A stretch of 64,000 nucleotides of DNA from Parcubacteria group bacterium Gr01-1014_31 (GTDB lineage: Bacteria > Patescibacteriota > Patescibacteriia > Buchananbacterales > GWA2-38-13): positions 24,287-88,286 of the forward strand of contig VMFR01000007.1 of NCBI GenBank assembly GCA_007376135.1, read 5' to 3'. The notes under the pieces were generated by a model, which was not told where the DNA came from, searched no databases, and saw only the letters and a list, made by a program, of their open reading frames with translations. A program made the translations under genes and the position numbers. The number at the start of each line of letters is the position of its first letter. The first letter of the stretch is position 1. Positions 32,970 through 42,844 of this stretch are shown piece by piece.

Positions 32970-35957
32970 ATGGAGCCGCAAATCAGGACTCTCGTGAAAG
33001 CTTCCGTGGCTACCACCGCTTCTGCTGCGGCAATGTTGACCGTCAGCGCGGTGGCTTTATTTGTGTCGTGGGGATCAATGATGGTTGCCGTTGGCGGGTC
33101 GCTGGGAATTCAGCAAGCCAGATCAACTATCCCAACATCAGGTCTCAGCCTGTCTAAGAGCGAGAGCATTACGTGCCCGAAGATTTTGTATAGAACTTTT
33201 GATTTTGCTACATCGAAGGCCGCCGATAGTATTGCCGAAAGCAAGGTGTTGCAGCTCAAGGAAGATATAGCCCGTCAGGCCAGAATTCGTCAGGTTGAGC
33301 GCTCATTACGAAGGGTGGTTGAGGGGAAAAAGAGCATTACCGATCTTGGGGAGCAGCTTGTTCAGTATCAAAATGCCTTTATTAACCTGATGCGGTCAGA
33401 ACCAACAGCGGCGCTTCGGTATCTCCCTGATCAGGACATGCTCGATTCATTCGGAGAAACAACAGAAAACTGCTTACCCAAGGAAACCCATGAAACCGGC
33501 AGTATGCTGGTGGTACATGCGGATGATTTTGAGAACGAAACGAGTAAAACCGAATATTCCATAAAAACCGAATTTGGGAAGAAATTAATCCTCCATTTCA
33601 CAAAGCAGGATAAATTCATGGAGTCGCGCACAAAGATCAAAATCGCCAAGGGGTATGAGATAAATGGAGAGCTATTGGTAGAGGATTATGAAGTACTATC
33701 GCAACCCGGCAATCCTCCGGCCCTTGGCCCCCAGAAGACCATCGTGGTCGAGATTCGGCCAAGAATTATCGTCTCTGGCGGCAGTTCTGCCGCCGTCGGC
33801 GATGCCTTTCTCACCCCAGAGGAGATACGGCAAGACGTTTTCACCTCAATCGCCCAATTTTATTCCCAGAATTCCTATAACCAACTTCAAATTGTGGGTC
33901 AGGATGGGTTGTCCGGAAATACCGATGATGTTATTGGGCCCGTTCCAATGGATATCACCATTCCAAAATTTTGGTGCAGTTTAGGCGGCACAGAACAGGC
34001 TTGCGAGCCAACCAATCCTCTTAATTGTGCGCGCGGTGATGGCGCCGGGTGTACGCCGAGGAACCAAAATTTATGCCAGCAGGGTGAAGTAAACGGAAGC
34101 TGTGTCCCGGAGTGCTCATTCGATGAACTGCAACAAAAACTCGTTGCCGCGATTGATCCCGTGATCACATTTCAGAATAACGAGCGCATCATTGGCGTTC
34201 TGCCGGAAATACTTTATTGCGGCTGGACCGGTATTGCCAATATAGGTTTAGCGGACACAAAAATCGCGGATGACCCAAATCCCATCCCGCTTTCTTTCAC
34301 TTTTGCCATTCCTCGCATTGGGAAGACGCGTGAAGAGAACAGATACTATGGGGTAAGAACCTTGGCGCACGAAATGGGGCACAATTATGGGAATTTACAT
34401 GCCACGATGTGGGCCTGCTCCAATACGAAGGACCAGGTGCAAAGCTGGGAGGGGCAATCACCGTGTTTCTATGAATACGGAGATCATTTTGATGTCATGG
34501 GGCGGGGTTATCTGCCGAACAGCAATGCCGTCTTAAAAGAAAATCTTGGATGGCTTCCGTCGCAGGACAATAACCATGAGATGCTTATACTTGGGGTAAC
34601 CGATGGCGGGACCTATACTCTTCAACCTATGGGAAGCGGTGGCGTGGAAGCAATAAAAATTCCGCGTAATATGCAAAATACTGATTTTCCAAATCTCTAT
34701 ATTGAATATCGGCGCCCCGAAGGACTGGACAGCAAACTTCCTGATTTTTTTGTAAAACAAGGGCTTGCTTCGGATGTCTTTGAGGGTGCCACGATCCATT
34801 TGGGTAATGCCATGGGCCAGTCATTTCTCATTGATGCCAAACCGCCATACACCACGTCTCTTATGACCGCCTTGCCTTTTGGTGGGAGCTATTATGATCC
34901 GTATTCGGGAGTGAGGATAACCTTAGGGAATGATTCGCCAGGCGGATTGCCCGTCACCATAGTATTTGAAGATATTGATAATGAAGGACCTTTCGTTTCA
35001 GGGTTGCAGAAAATCAGTTCACAAGACTGCGTGGTTGTTTATGAAGCCGCGGCACAAGACCCGAGCGGGATATCCAAGGTGGTGTTCAACCCCGCTCTTC
35101 CAGACCTTGCCCAAGAAGTGGCTGGTCCGCCATACCGTTGGGAAGTGAATTTGATGGATTATCCCGAACAGTATTTGTCCTTTCGGGCATACGACAATAG
35201 CCTGTTGAGGAATTATTCCGACAGCGAAAAAATGGATTTATGGGCGGATGAACCTTTGTGCGCGCATAACATAAAAGTGAAATTCTACTCTCCGTTGGAA
35301 AATTCAGTGCAGAGCAATACAGTAGCGTTTCGTTTCGACGTTTATTCACCGAGTGGGTTAATGCAGGTATTGTCCGACGTAACAGATGGATATGGCCAAC
35401 GTACGCGTATTATTGAAAATTGGATAACCGAACTCGGCCCTTCGGTGATGGAACGGTCATACCACGTTGAGGAAAATCTTATCGGCGGAAGATACCGTTT
35501 CGGCCTGGAAATTATCAATATGGAAGGGCGCACGTTGCGTTTTTTCCACTATTTTGATGTTCGTAATGCCTGCAACGACGGAATAGACAATGATCATGAT
35601 GGAACGATCGATTACGGGGGTGGAGGATCGGGCGGAGACCTCGGATGTGAGAGTGTTGATGATAATAGCGAGGAATCGACTTTTTATCGTTCTGACGTCG
35701 ACATGAGCGGGGGAGCAAATATGACGGATGCCATAATTATTTTGCGCCATTTATTTTTTAGTGACCCTGTCGCTCTTTCCTGCCAGGATGCCGCAGATGT
35801 TGACGATAGCGGGTTTGTGAATATCACCGATCCCATTTATCTACTAAAGTATCTGTTCGCTACTGATAATCCACCGCCGCCCGCGCCCTATAACCAATGT
35901 GGGCTTGATATGACCAGTGATACCATCGGCTGCCGCAGTTTCCCTTCCTGCGAGTAG
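32970..35957 (+). CDS. Membrane-anchored metzincin (gametolysin M11-like) zinc protease with Ig-like domains and a C-terminal dockerin-like module
   Basis: HEMGHNYGNLH (HExxHxxGxxH), EYGDHFDVMG Met-turn, LYIEYR and FYRSDVD..CQDAADVDDSG; lower GC than flanking genes. Confidence 0.82.
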   Translation: MEPQIRTLVKASVATTASAAAMLTVSAVALFVSWGSMMVAVGGSLGIQQARSTIPTSGLSLSKSESITCPKILYRTFDFATSKAADSIAESKVLQLKEDIARQARIRQVERSLRRVVEGKKSITDLGEQLVQYQNAFINLMRSEPTAALRYLPDQDMLDSFGETTENCLPKETHETGSMLVVHADDFENETSKTEYSIKTEFGKKLILHFTKQDKFMESRTKIKIAKGYEINGELLVEDYEVLSQPGNPPALGPQKTIVVEIRPRIIVSGGSSAAVGDAFLTPEEIRQDVFTSIAQFYSQNSYNQLQIVGQDGLSGNTDDVIGPVPMDITIPKFWCSLGGTEQACEPTNPLNCARGDGAGCTPRNQNLCQQGEVNGSCVPECSFDELQQKLVAAIDPVITFQNNERIIGVLPEILYCGWTGIANIGLADTKIADDPNPIPLSFTFAIPRIGKTREENRYYGVRTLAHEMGHNYGNLHATMWACSNTKDQVQSWEGQSPCFYEYGDHFDVMGRGYLPNSNAVLKENLGWLPSQDNNHEMLILGVTDGGTYTLQPMGSGGVEAIKIPRNMQNTDFPNLYIEYRRPEGLDSKLPDFFVKQGLASDVFEGATIHLGNAMGQSFLIDAKPPYTTSLMTALPFGGSYYDPYSGVRITLGNDSPGGLPVTIVFEDIDNEGPFVSGLQKISSQDCVVVYEAAAQDPSGISKVVFNPALPDLAQEVAGPPYRWEVNLMDYPEQYLSFRAYDNSLLRNYSDSEKMDLWADEPLCAHNIKVKFYSPLENSVQSNTVAFRFDVYSPSGLMQVLSDVTDGYGQRTRIIENWITELGPSVMERSYHVEENLIGGRYRFGLEIINMEGRTLRFFHYFDVRNACNDGIDNDHDGTIDYGGGGSGGDLGCESVDDNSEESTFYRSDVDMSGGANMTDAIIILRHLFFSDPVALSCQDAADVDDSGFVNITDPIYLLKYLFATDNPPPPAPYNQCGLDMTSDTIGCRSFPSCE

Positions 35958-35969
35958 CGCGTGATACCA

Positions 35970-35997
35970 CAAGGACAGGATTCCCATCCTGTCCTTG
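35970..35997. terminator. Hairpin between convergent genes
   Basis: CAAGGACAGGAT-TCCC-ATCCTGTCCTTG. Confidence 0.6.
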
Positions 35998-36022
35998 GTT
36001 GTGCTTATGGTAGGGTCGCGGT

Positions 36023-37075
36023 CTAGACGTTGAACCGGAACACCACCACGTCGCCGTCCTGCACGAGGTAGGTTTTGCCTTCCTGGCGGACGAGGCCCCT
36101 GGCCTTGGCGTTCGTTTCGCCGCCGCAGTCCAGCAGCGTTTTCCAGTTGATGACCTCGGCGCAGATAAAGCCGCGTTCAAAATCGGAATGGATTTTGCCG
36201 GCGGCTTCCGGCGCGGCCGCACCCTTGCGCACGGTCCACGCGCGGGTTTCCTTCGGTCCGGACGTGAGAAAAGTGATGAGCCCCAGGGCCTCGTACGCGG
36301 CGCGAATCAGGCGGTCCAGCCCACTGGCGGAAAGGCCGAGTTCTTTGAGGTAGGCGGTGCGTTCGGCATCCTCCAACTCGGCCAACTCCGCCTCGATCTT
36401 GGCGCAGATAGTGACGGTACCGGGGAGGTCGGTGCCGGCCTGGGCTTCATCCACGTTGCTGATCTCAAGGATGGGTTTGAGCGTCAGCAGGTTGAACGAT
36501 TTGACGACGGCAAGCTCTTCCGTCGAGAGGGGAAGTTCGCGCGCCAGTTTTCCCTGGTCGAGATGGGCCTTGAGTTTCGCCAGCACCGTGGCGGCCGCCT
36601 GGGCGTCCTTATCCTGCCCCTTGGCTTTTCGCAGCTCTTCGTTCAACCGTTTTTCCACGGTCTGCAGGTCGGCGTAGATAAGCTCCAATTTGATGGTTTC
36701 GCGGTCTGCCGCCGGGTTGACGACGCCGCTGACGTGGATGATGTTGGGGTCACTGAAGCTGCGCACCACATGCGCGATGGCGTCCACCTCCCGAATGTGG
36801 GAGAGGAATTTATTGCCCAAACCCTCGCCTTTGTGGGCGCCCTTCACGAGGCCGGCGATGTCCACGAACTCCACGGCCGTCGGAATGACTTTCGCCGACT
36901 GGTTGAGTTGGGCCAGCTGCGCCAAGCGTTCGTCGGGGACCGTGACGACGCCGACATTCGGCGCGATGGTGCAGAACGGGTAGTTGGCGATATCGACGGT
37001 TTTTTTGGTCAGCGCCTTGAAGAGCGTGCTTTTACCGACGTTGGGCAGCCCGACGATGCCGATGGCAAATGACAT
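36023..37075 (-). CDS. ychF: Ribosome-binding ATPase YchF
   Basis: GIVGLPNVGKST, NYPFCTI, DIAGLVKGA, AGKIHSDFERGFI and VQDGDVVVFRFNV. Confidence 0.97.
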   Translation of the reverse strand: MSFAIGIVGLPNVGKSTLFKALTKKTVDIANYPFCTIAPNVGVVTVPDERLAQLAQLNQSAKVIPTAVEFVDIAGLVKGAHKGEGLGNKFLSHIREVDAIAHVVRSFSDPNIIHVSGVVNPAADRETIKLELIYADLQTVEKRLNEELRKAKGQDKDAQAAATVLAKLKAHLDQGKLARELPLSTEELAVVKSFNLLTLKPILEISNVDEAQAGTDLPGTVTICAKIEAELAELEDAERTAYLKELGLSASGLDRLIRAAYEALGLITFLTSGPKETRAWTVRKGAAAPEAAGKIHSDFERGFICAEVINWKTLLDCGGETNAKARGLVRQEGKTYLVQDGDVVVFRFNV

Positions 37076-37230
37076 AGAGATGAAAATGGCTGACGAGGGC
37101 GCAGGATGTGAGTACTTCGTCCTTTGGCGAATGGTGGTTATTGTGGTATACTCAAGCCACTTCGTCAAGCATGCTGGAGGCGCAAGTGCGGTTTTTGGTA
37201 GCATCCAGCTCCATCAATAGGAGGCATTAC

Positions 37231-40200
37231 ATGGCAGACGGCAACGGCGGCAGGGGCGCCGTGCGACGGTTCCGTTCCGCGCAGTCAGCGCGAAGATTTG
37301 GGCTGGCCTGGCTGGCTGGTTTTTTTATTGCCACCGTCGCGCTGGCGCAAACGGGGACAATGAACTCCACTGCACCGGTAGTCGCTTTTGTCCGGCCGCC
37401 GAGCAGTCCTGTTGCCGCCAGCACGTTCCTGTTCGCGAGCGTCAGCACACCTCTCTCCGGTCTCAAGCAGGTGGAATTTTCGGTTCACAGCGCTACCCAG
37501 ACGTGGAAGTTTCCTGCTGATTATGTTCCCGACCTTAATTTGTGGAAATTCTACTGGGAGTTGAAGGATCTGCCCGACGACGCGTACGTGGTGACGGCCT
37601 ATGCCGCCACGACCGATGACCAGTACGGAAAGGCGGATCTGTATCTCACGGTGGCGCGGGGGAGTGGAAGTGAGAGTGGCGGTTCCGGCAGCACGACGGA
37701 TACCTCAACATCGGGAACCGCGGAAGTACCGACGGCTTCTGGCGGCACAACATCATCGGATACCAGCAGCGGCGGTGGTGGAACCGCGGCGCCGTACGTG
37801 TATATCTCCTCGCCGTCCAGCGGCACCACCGTCGGGTCGGTACTCAAGCTGCAGGCCCATGCTTCTGCCGATATTGGCGCTGTCACATTTTCACTTGATA
37901 CTACCGCGACTGCGGTTTCACCAGATGCCATCGGCAGTGCGGTCAGCTTAGGCAACGGGTTGTGGGAGTACGCCGTGGCGGCGTCGTCTGTTCCCGCCGG
38001 TCAATATACGGTTGCCGTGAGCGGCCAAGCCAAAGAGACGGCCGTAAAAGGAAGTAACAGCATCACCATCATCGTGCCGGCCCCGACCACGACGCTGGCA
38101 CCGTTCGGGGTTGCTTTCCGCAACCCGCCCGTCGGGCCAATCAGCAGCGACAAGTACCTGTTCGTGCAGTCGACCGCGTCCACGGTCACCCTGCAGCGGG
38201 TGAATTTCCGCGTCGAAGGCGTTGGCATTAACCGCGGATACGACGGCGCGCCCGTGCCTGACCTTGGGTTGTTCCAGCTCTACTGGGAGCTGAAAGACTT
38301 TCCCGATGGCAGTTACCGCATCACCGCCGATGCCCAAAGCGCTGATGGCCGGCAGGCCGCGACCGAGTTGTACCTCGTGGTCACCCGTACCGGCACCACA
38401 TCTGCTCCTCCAGTTCTCCAGTTCACTTGGCTGGAGCCGAAGGTTAGTTTACTGCAGGGGAAGGTGACGGTGGTCGTTTCCACCGATCCGGCGGTCGGGG
38501 TGTTGCAGTTGCGCTTTTTGGGCCCGGTGAACGGCAGCCTGCAGCCGGCATTGGTCAGCGGAAGATGGGTGGCAACGTGGGATACGACGAATTTGCCGGC
38601 GGGCGCCTACCAGTTGGTTGCCGTCGTGATCCAAAGCGGGGTGGCGACGGAAAGCAAACCGTGGGCGGTGCATGTCGCCTCCGCGGTCGAACCGACGATT
38701 GCCGAAGATGATTCAGACCTGCTGGTATTGACCCCAAAATCGCAGTCCGTGCTGCAGAAAGAAGCGATCTTTTCCGGCACTGCGGCCGGCGCAACGAATG
38801 TCCGGCTCACCCTGAAGAACGAGCTGCGCGCGTATGCGCTGCCGGGCGCGTTGGTACGCCCAGATGGTGGGTGGGAGCTGCTCTGGGATACGCGCAAGGC
38901 CGTGAATGGCGCGTATACGCTGCTCGCGGCTGCGGAATTCCCCGATGGGGCCGTTGTGGGCCCGTCGATACCCGTGGAGGTCAACAACGAAACGATTACC
39001 GCCGCCCCCGCTGAAGCGGTGAACGATAACCAACCGCCGTCGGTGTGGCTTGGGCCCGACCGCACCGTCACCACGCCGGTTGTTGCGCTCCATGGCGCCG
39101 TTAAAGACGACGGAAAGCCGGTTCCTCCAGGGCGTTTGACCCATCGGTGGTCGTCCCCCGAGGGAGGCGTCGCTTTTTCCCCCCCGGACGCGCTGGATAC
39201 CAAGGCCCAGTTTTCCAGCTCGGGAAAATATACGATCCGTTTGGAGGTCAGCGACGGTGTTCGTGCCGGACGCGATGAGCTGGTGGTCATTGTCGCGCTG
39301 CCTCAGGCGGAGGACAAGGAGCAGGTAGCACCGCCCCCGCTGGCGCAACTGGTCACGCCGGTTATCGTATTGCCCCAGGAGTGCCGCGCGGTGGGGATAA
39401 CGAATGCCGATGCCTGCAAGCGGTGGATGTTCGAGCATGTGCGCGAGCAAAACTGCCCCTCGGGAGGCGCGGCAAAGTCTGCCTGCGTGGACCAGCAGCG
39501 CCGCGAGTCGCTGCCCGCGGAGTGTATTCGCGAGGGTATCGCGGATGTGGCTGCGTGCCAGAACTATTTGGACCGTCGGACCCTGCCGGAAGTCTGCTGG
39601 AAGGCAGGCAAGGGCACGCGAACGGAGTGCGAGCGCTGGCTGCGGGAGCAATTGTTCGAGCCCGCTTGTCAGCAGGTCGGCATCACGGAAACGATCGCTT
39701 GTGAACAGTATTTGAAAGAACGGCTTTCCCCAACGCTGGCGTGCCGGTTGTCTGCGGCGGCGACGTGTGGACCCGTGGTGGACCGTCAATTGCCTACGAT
39801 CGTGGCCGGTGAGCAACGCTTGGAGGAACTGAATAACGCGGTGGGTGAACGGCTGAAAACGCCCATTACCCTTGACCCCGAACAGCAGCGGGTGCTGCCG
39901 ACCGCCGGAGCTCGGCCGACGGTGGAGCAGGTGGTTCCCTTCGCGCTCATCGCTCCCCTGCCGGTACAGTTCGTTCCTTCCCAGGGGGCGGTGGTCGTCC
40001 GCAAGGATGAGAGTATCACCGTGGCGGGACCGGCCGTGGTGGTGCTGGATGCCGACGGCGACGGCCTGCCGGACGACGTGGAGGAACGGCTTGGGTCGAA
40101 TCCCGCGGCTGCCGACACCGACGGTGATGGCTTCTCTGACCGCGAGGAGGTGGCGAACGGGTACAGTCCTACAGTCGCCGGAAGCATCCCCGCCGCGGTG

Positions 40201-40707
40201 GCGCCGGTCGAGCGGGCATTGGCGGCCCAGCGGCCCTTGCAACAGCCCTTGTTCATCACCGAAGCGTCGGACCGGCTGGCCGTCGACACCGTACGCACGC
40301 CGCCGGAGGTTCCCGGCGGGGGAAGCGCGCTGCAGTTCCAGGGCCGTGGCACGCCTGACGAGGTGGTAACGCTGTTCATCTATAGTTCGTTGCCGCTGGT
40401 GGTGACCACGCGCGTCAATGCGGATGGCAACTGGACCTACAGCCTGCGCCAGTCGTTGCTGGATGGCGCCCATGAGGTCTACGTCACGGTCAATGATGAC
40501 ACCGGCAGCGTTGTTTCTCGCAGCGCGCCGTTGTCGTTCTTCATCCGTGAGGCGCGTGCCGTTTCCCCGCGCGACGTGTTCAGTCCCCCGCCCGCACCCG
40601 CGGCGTACCGTCCCGCCAAGCTGTACCTGCCGATCGCGGGGTTAGTGGTTTTTGCGGGTGTTTTCCTTTTCATCGCACTCTACGGCGCGTTGCGGCGCCA
40701 CGCGTAG
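37231..40707 (+). CDS. Large secreted Ig-repeat/PKD surface protein with Cys-rich repeats, TSP3-type motif and C-terminal TM anchor
   Basis: AGGAGG SD, signal peptide (ALA-Q), repeated W(D/E)T..LP.G.Y Ig modules, a PKD-like NQPP..DDG domain, DADGDGLPD and a C-terminal hydrophobic helix ending RRH. Confidence 0.85.
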   Translation: MADGNGGRGAVRRFRSAQSARRFGLAWLAGFFIATVALAQTGTMNSTAPVVAFVRPPSSPVAASTFLFASVSTPLSGLKQVEFSVHSATQTWKFPADYVPDLNLWKFYWELKDLPDDAYVVTAYAATTDDQYGKADLYLTVARGSGSESGGSGSTTDTSTSGTAEVPTASGGTTSSDTSSGGGGTAAPYVYISSPSSGTTVGSVLKLQAHASADIGAVTFSLDTTATAVSPDAIGSAVSLGNGLWEYAVAASSVPAGQYTVAVSGQAKETAVKGSNSITIIVPAPTTTLAPFGVAFRNPPVGPISSDKYLFVQSTASTVTLQRVNFRVEGVGINRGYDGAPVPDLGLFQLYWELKDFPDGSYRITADAQSADGRQAATELYLVVTRTGTTSAPPVLQFTWLEPKVSLLQGKVTVVVSTDPAVGVLQLRFLGPVNGSLQPALVSGRWVATWDTTNLPAGAYQLVAVVIQSGVATESKPWAVHVASAVEPTIAEDDSDLLVLTPKSQSVLQKEAIFSGTAAGATNVRLTLKNELRAYALPGALVRPDGGWELLWDTRKAVNGAYTLLAAAEFPDGAVVGPSIPVEVNNETITAAPAEAVNDNQPPSVWLGPDRTVTTPVVALHGAVKDDGKPVPPGRLTHRWSSPEGGVAFSPPDALDTKAQFSSSGKYTIRLEVSDGVRAGRDELVVIVALPQAEDKEQVAPPPLAQLVTPVIVLPQECRAVGITNADACKRWMFEHVREQNCPSGGAAKSACVDQQRRESLPAECIREGIADVAACQNYLDRRTLPEVCWKAGKGTRTECERWLREQLFEPACQQVGITETIACEQYLKERLSPTLACRLSAAATCGPVVDRQLPTIVAGEQRLEELNNAVGERLKTPITLDPEQQRVLPTAGARPTVEQVVPFALIAPLPVQFVPSQGAVVVRKDESITVAGPAVVVLDADGDGLPDDVEERLGSNPAAADTDGDGFSDREEVANGYSPTVAGSIPAAVAPVERALAAQRPLQQPLFITEASDRLAVDTVRTPPEVPGGGSALQFQGRGTPDEVVTLFIYSSLPLVVTTRVNADGNWTYSLRQSLLDGAHEVYVTVNDDTGSVVSRSAPLSFFIREARAVSPRDVFSPPPAPAAYRPAKLYLPIAGLVVFAGVFLFIALYGALRRHA

Positions 40708-40718
40708 TTCTGCCGCCT

Positions 40719-40822
40719 ATGCCCGGTAGTACAACCGACCAATCTATCTTTAGCGCCCACCGCCGTTCTTCCGCGTCACCGATTCCCCCCTTTTTCTACA
40801 CTCGACCGTTGTACTACCGGGT
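40719..40822. repeat. Third 104-bp inverted-repeat-bounded unit
   Basis: ATGCCCGGTAGTACAAC ... GTTGTACTACCGGGT, directly before the ATG at 40823; same arms as 22201-22410. Confidence 0.88.
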
Positions 40823-42223
40823 ATGCCTCGCCCATCGGTGTTGAAACGAATGTTTGCCGATGAGCGGGTGCAGATCGGCTACGGCTTGTTGTTGATCCTC
40901 TTGATACCGAGCGCGATCATCGTCGCGACCGTTGCCACCATCGCCCGCTACAGCCAGACCATCGATATTACCCTGCAGCGGCAAGCATTGCTGGTGGGGA
41001 GGGTGTTCGGGGCGACGGTATGGGAGCAAGGGATCGCTCCCGTGACGTTGCAGCGCCGCGTGGAAGCGGTCGCCGCCGCCAACGCCGATATTCTGGGGTT
41101 GCAGGTGTTCACGCCCCATCGGGACGGTTTTGAGATCATCGCGAGTGTCGTGCCCGAGCAGGTCGGGACTGTGGCGGCGTCGGCCTACTATACCTACGCC
41201 TGGCAGCAAGCGGAGCGCGAAGGTTTGGCCACCGATTACCTCGGCGAGCCGTTGTTGGGCAGCCGTGCCGGCGCCAGCACGGGGGATCGTTACTGGCTGG
41301 TAACGCTGCCGCTGTTCGCCGACGTCGAGGGGGACGGCCACCGCGAGCGCGTCGCGCTGCTATCATTGCAGCTGTCGTCGGGCATCGTCGACGAGCAAGC
41401 GGCGGCCAGCTGGCGGTCGGCGGTCATCGGCCTGACGTTCACGGTCCTGCTGACCGTGCTGTTCTTGGCGGCGGCCACGCGGTTGTGGAGTTACGCCACC
41501 CTCTATCGTAAGATCAAGGAGGTCGACCAGATGAAGGACGAGTTCATTTCCATCGCCAGCCACGAGCTGCGCACGCCCATTACTGCCATCCGCGGCTATG
41601 TGTCGATGGCCATCGACGGTGATTTCGGTTCGGTCCCCGAGAAACTCCGGACGGGATTGGAGCGCATCAACGGCGCCGGCAAACGTCTCGGCGACCTGGT
41701 CGAGGACCTTCTGAATGTCTCGCGCATCGAGCAGGGACGCCTCAGCGTGTCGTTCCAGCCGCTGGATCTGGGTGAGGTGACTGGCGGCGTCATCGAAGAG
41801 CTGCGGCCTACCGCCGTGCAGAAACAATTGACGTGCGAGTATGTCGCGCCGACGTCTCCGGTCAAGGTGATGGCCGACCCCGACCGGCTCAAGCAGGTGT
41901 TGTTCAATCTGGTCGGCAATGCCATCAAGTATACGCCCAAGGGCAGCGTGACGGTCACCGTTAGCCTGCAGGAGCACGGCGGCTGCGTGCGGGTCAAAGA
42001 TACGGGACTGGGGATCTCGGCGGCCGACCAGGCGCGCTTGTTCACGAAATTCTATCGCGTGGCGAGCGACCAGACCCGGGCCATTTCCGGAACCGGCCTG
42101 GGCTTGTGGATCACTCGTCAGCTGGTTTCCCTGATGCGCGGGGAAATCACGCTCGAAAGCATCGAGGGTACGGGCACCCAGGTGACCGTCGTGTTGCCAA
42201 CACCGAAGTCCGCCGCCACATAG
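40823..42223 (+). CDS. Membrane sensor histidine kinase
   Basis: Two TMs, H-box ASHELRTP, N-box NLVGNAIKYT, DTGLGI and GTGLGL. Confidence 0.93.
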   Translation: MPRPSVLKRMFADERVQIGYGLLLILLIPSAIIVATVATIARYSQTIDITLQRQALLVGRVFGATVWEQGIAPVTLQRRVEAVAAANADILGLQVFTPHRDGFEIIASVVPEQVGTVAASAYYTYAWQQAEREGLATDYLGEPLLGSRAGASTGDRYWLVTLPLFADVEGDGHRERVALLSLQLSSGIVDEQAAASWRSAVIGLTFTVLLTVLFLAAATRLWSYATLYRKIKEVDQMKDEFISIASHELRTPITAIRGYVSMAIDGDFGSVPEKLRTGLERINGAGKRLGDLVEDLLNVSRIEQGRLSVSFQPLDLGEVTGGVIEELRPTAVQKQLTCEYVAPTSPVKVMADPDRLKQVLFNLVGNAIKYTPKGSVTVTVSLQEHGGCVRVKDTGLGISAADQARLFTKFYRVASDQTRAISGTGLGLWITRQLVSLMRGEITLESIEGTGTQVTVVLPTPKSAAT

Positions 42224-42225
42224 GT

Positions 42226-42600
42226 ATGCAACAAATACTCGTTCTTACGCTGGCAGCGGTGGTTCTGGCCGCCGGGTGCGCGCGCGGCGGCGGTGCCGTG
42301 GATGCGGCGAGCGGCGTTGGCGCGGCGCGGACCAAGCTGGAGCGAGTGGACCCGCAAATGGCCGCCGTTCAGTGTCAGCAGCTCTGCCGGCAGCAAGCCA
42401 GCCTTGGCGCCGATCTGACGGTCGGTCCGTGCCTCGGTGATCCGGTCCCCGGTCTTGAAAATTGGGTCTGCGACGTTGCAAGCCAGCCACGGCAGGCCGC
42501 AGACAATGATCCCGCGAATCAGTGCAAAGCGTTCCGAGCCGGCAGTGCACCACATTTTGTCGAGGTCGATAAGGATTGCAATGTTATCAAAATTCGCTAA
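42226..42600 (+). CDS. Cys-rich putative lipoprotein
   Basis: Lipobox LAAGC; GPCL...WVCDVA..PRQ..DN.P.NQC...HFVEVD. Confidence 0.7.
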   Translation: MQQILVLTLAAVVLAAGCARGGGAVDAASGVGAARTKLERVDPQMAAVQCQQLCRQQASLGADLTVGPCLGDPVPGLENWVCDVASQPRQAADNDPANQCKAFRAGSAPHFVEVDKDCNVIKIR

Positions 42601-42601
42601 G

Positions 42602-42784
42602 ATGGAAACACCAATCCTTTCTATGCCCTACGTTTCTCCCCTGGACCAGCATAAGCTGGTTGCCGTCGACACCAAGGCTCGAGTGCGCACCACCATGACC
42701 ACCGTTTTCTTGGCAGTGACGATCGTGACGGCGGTGGCGGCGGTCGCGGCTGCGGTGGCGACCATCTTGCAGCCGGTTACTTAG
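42602..42784 (+). CDS. Small membrane protein
   Basis: 60-aa ORF with a C-terminal hydrophobic helix, followed by a terminator. Confidence 0.55.
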   Translation: METPILSMPYVSPLDQHKLVAVDTKARVRTTMTTVFLAVTIVTAVAAVAAAVATILQPVT

Positions 42785-42801
42785 CGGCAACATAAAAATA
42801 A

Positions 42802-42835
42802 ATAAAAAACCGGGCTGTCCGCCCGGTTTTTTTAT
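42802..42835. terminator. Bidirectional terminator
   Basis: AAAAAACCGGGC-TGTCC-GCCCGGTTTTTTT. Confidence 0.8.
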
Positions 42836-42844
42836 CGCCGTTCG

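Noticed and set aside
40719-40822. Integron attC site (..AAC ... GTT..)
   Set aside because: The interior is not self-complementary, the core does not fit GTTRRRY, and no integrase or cassette array is present.
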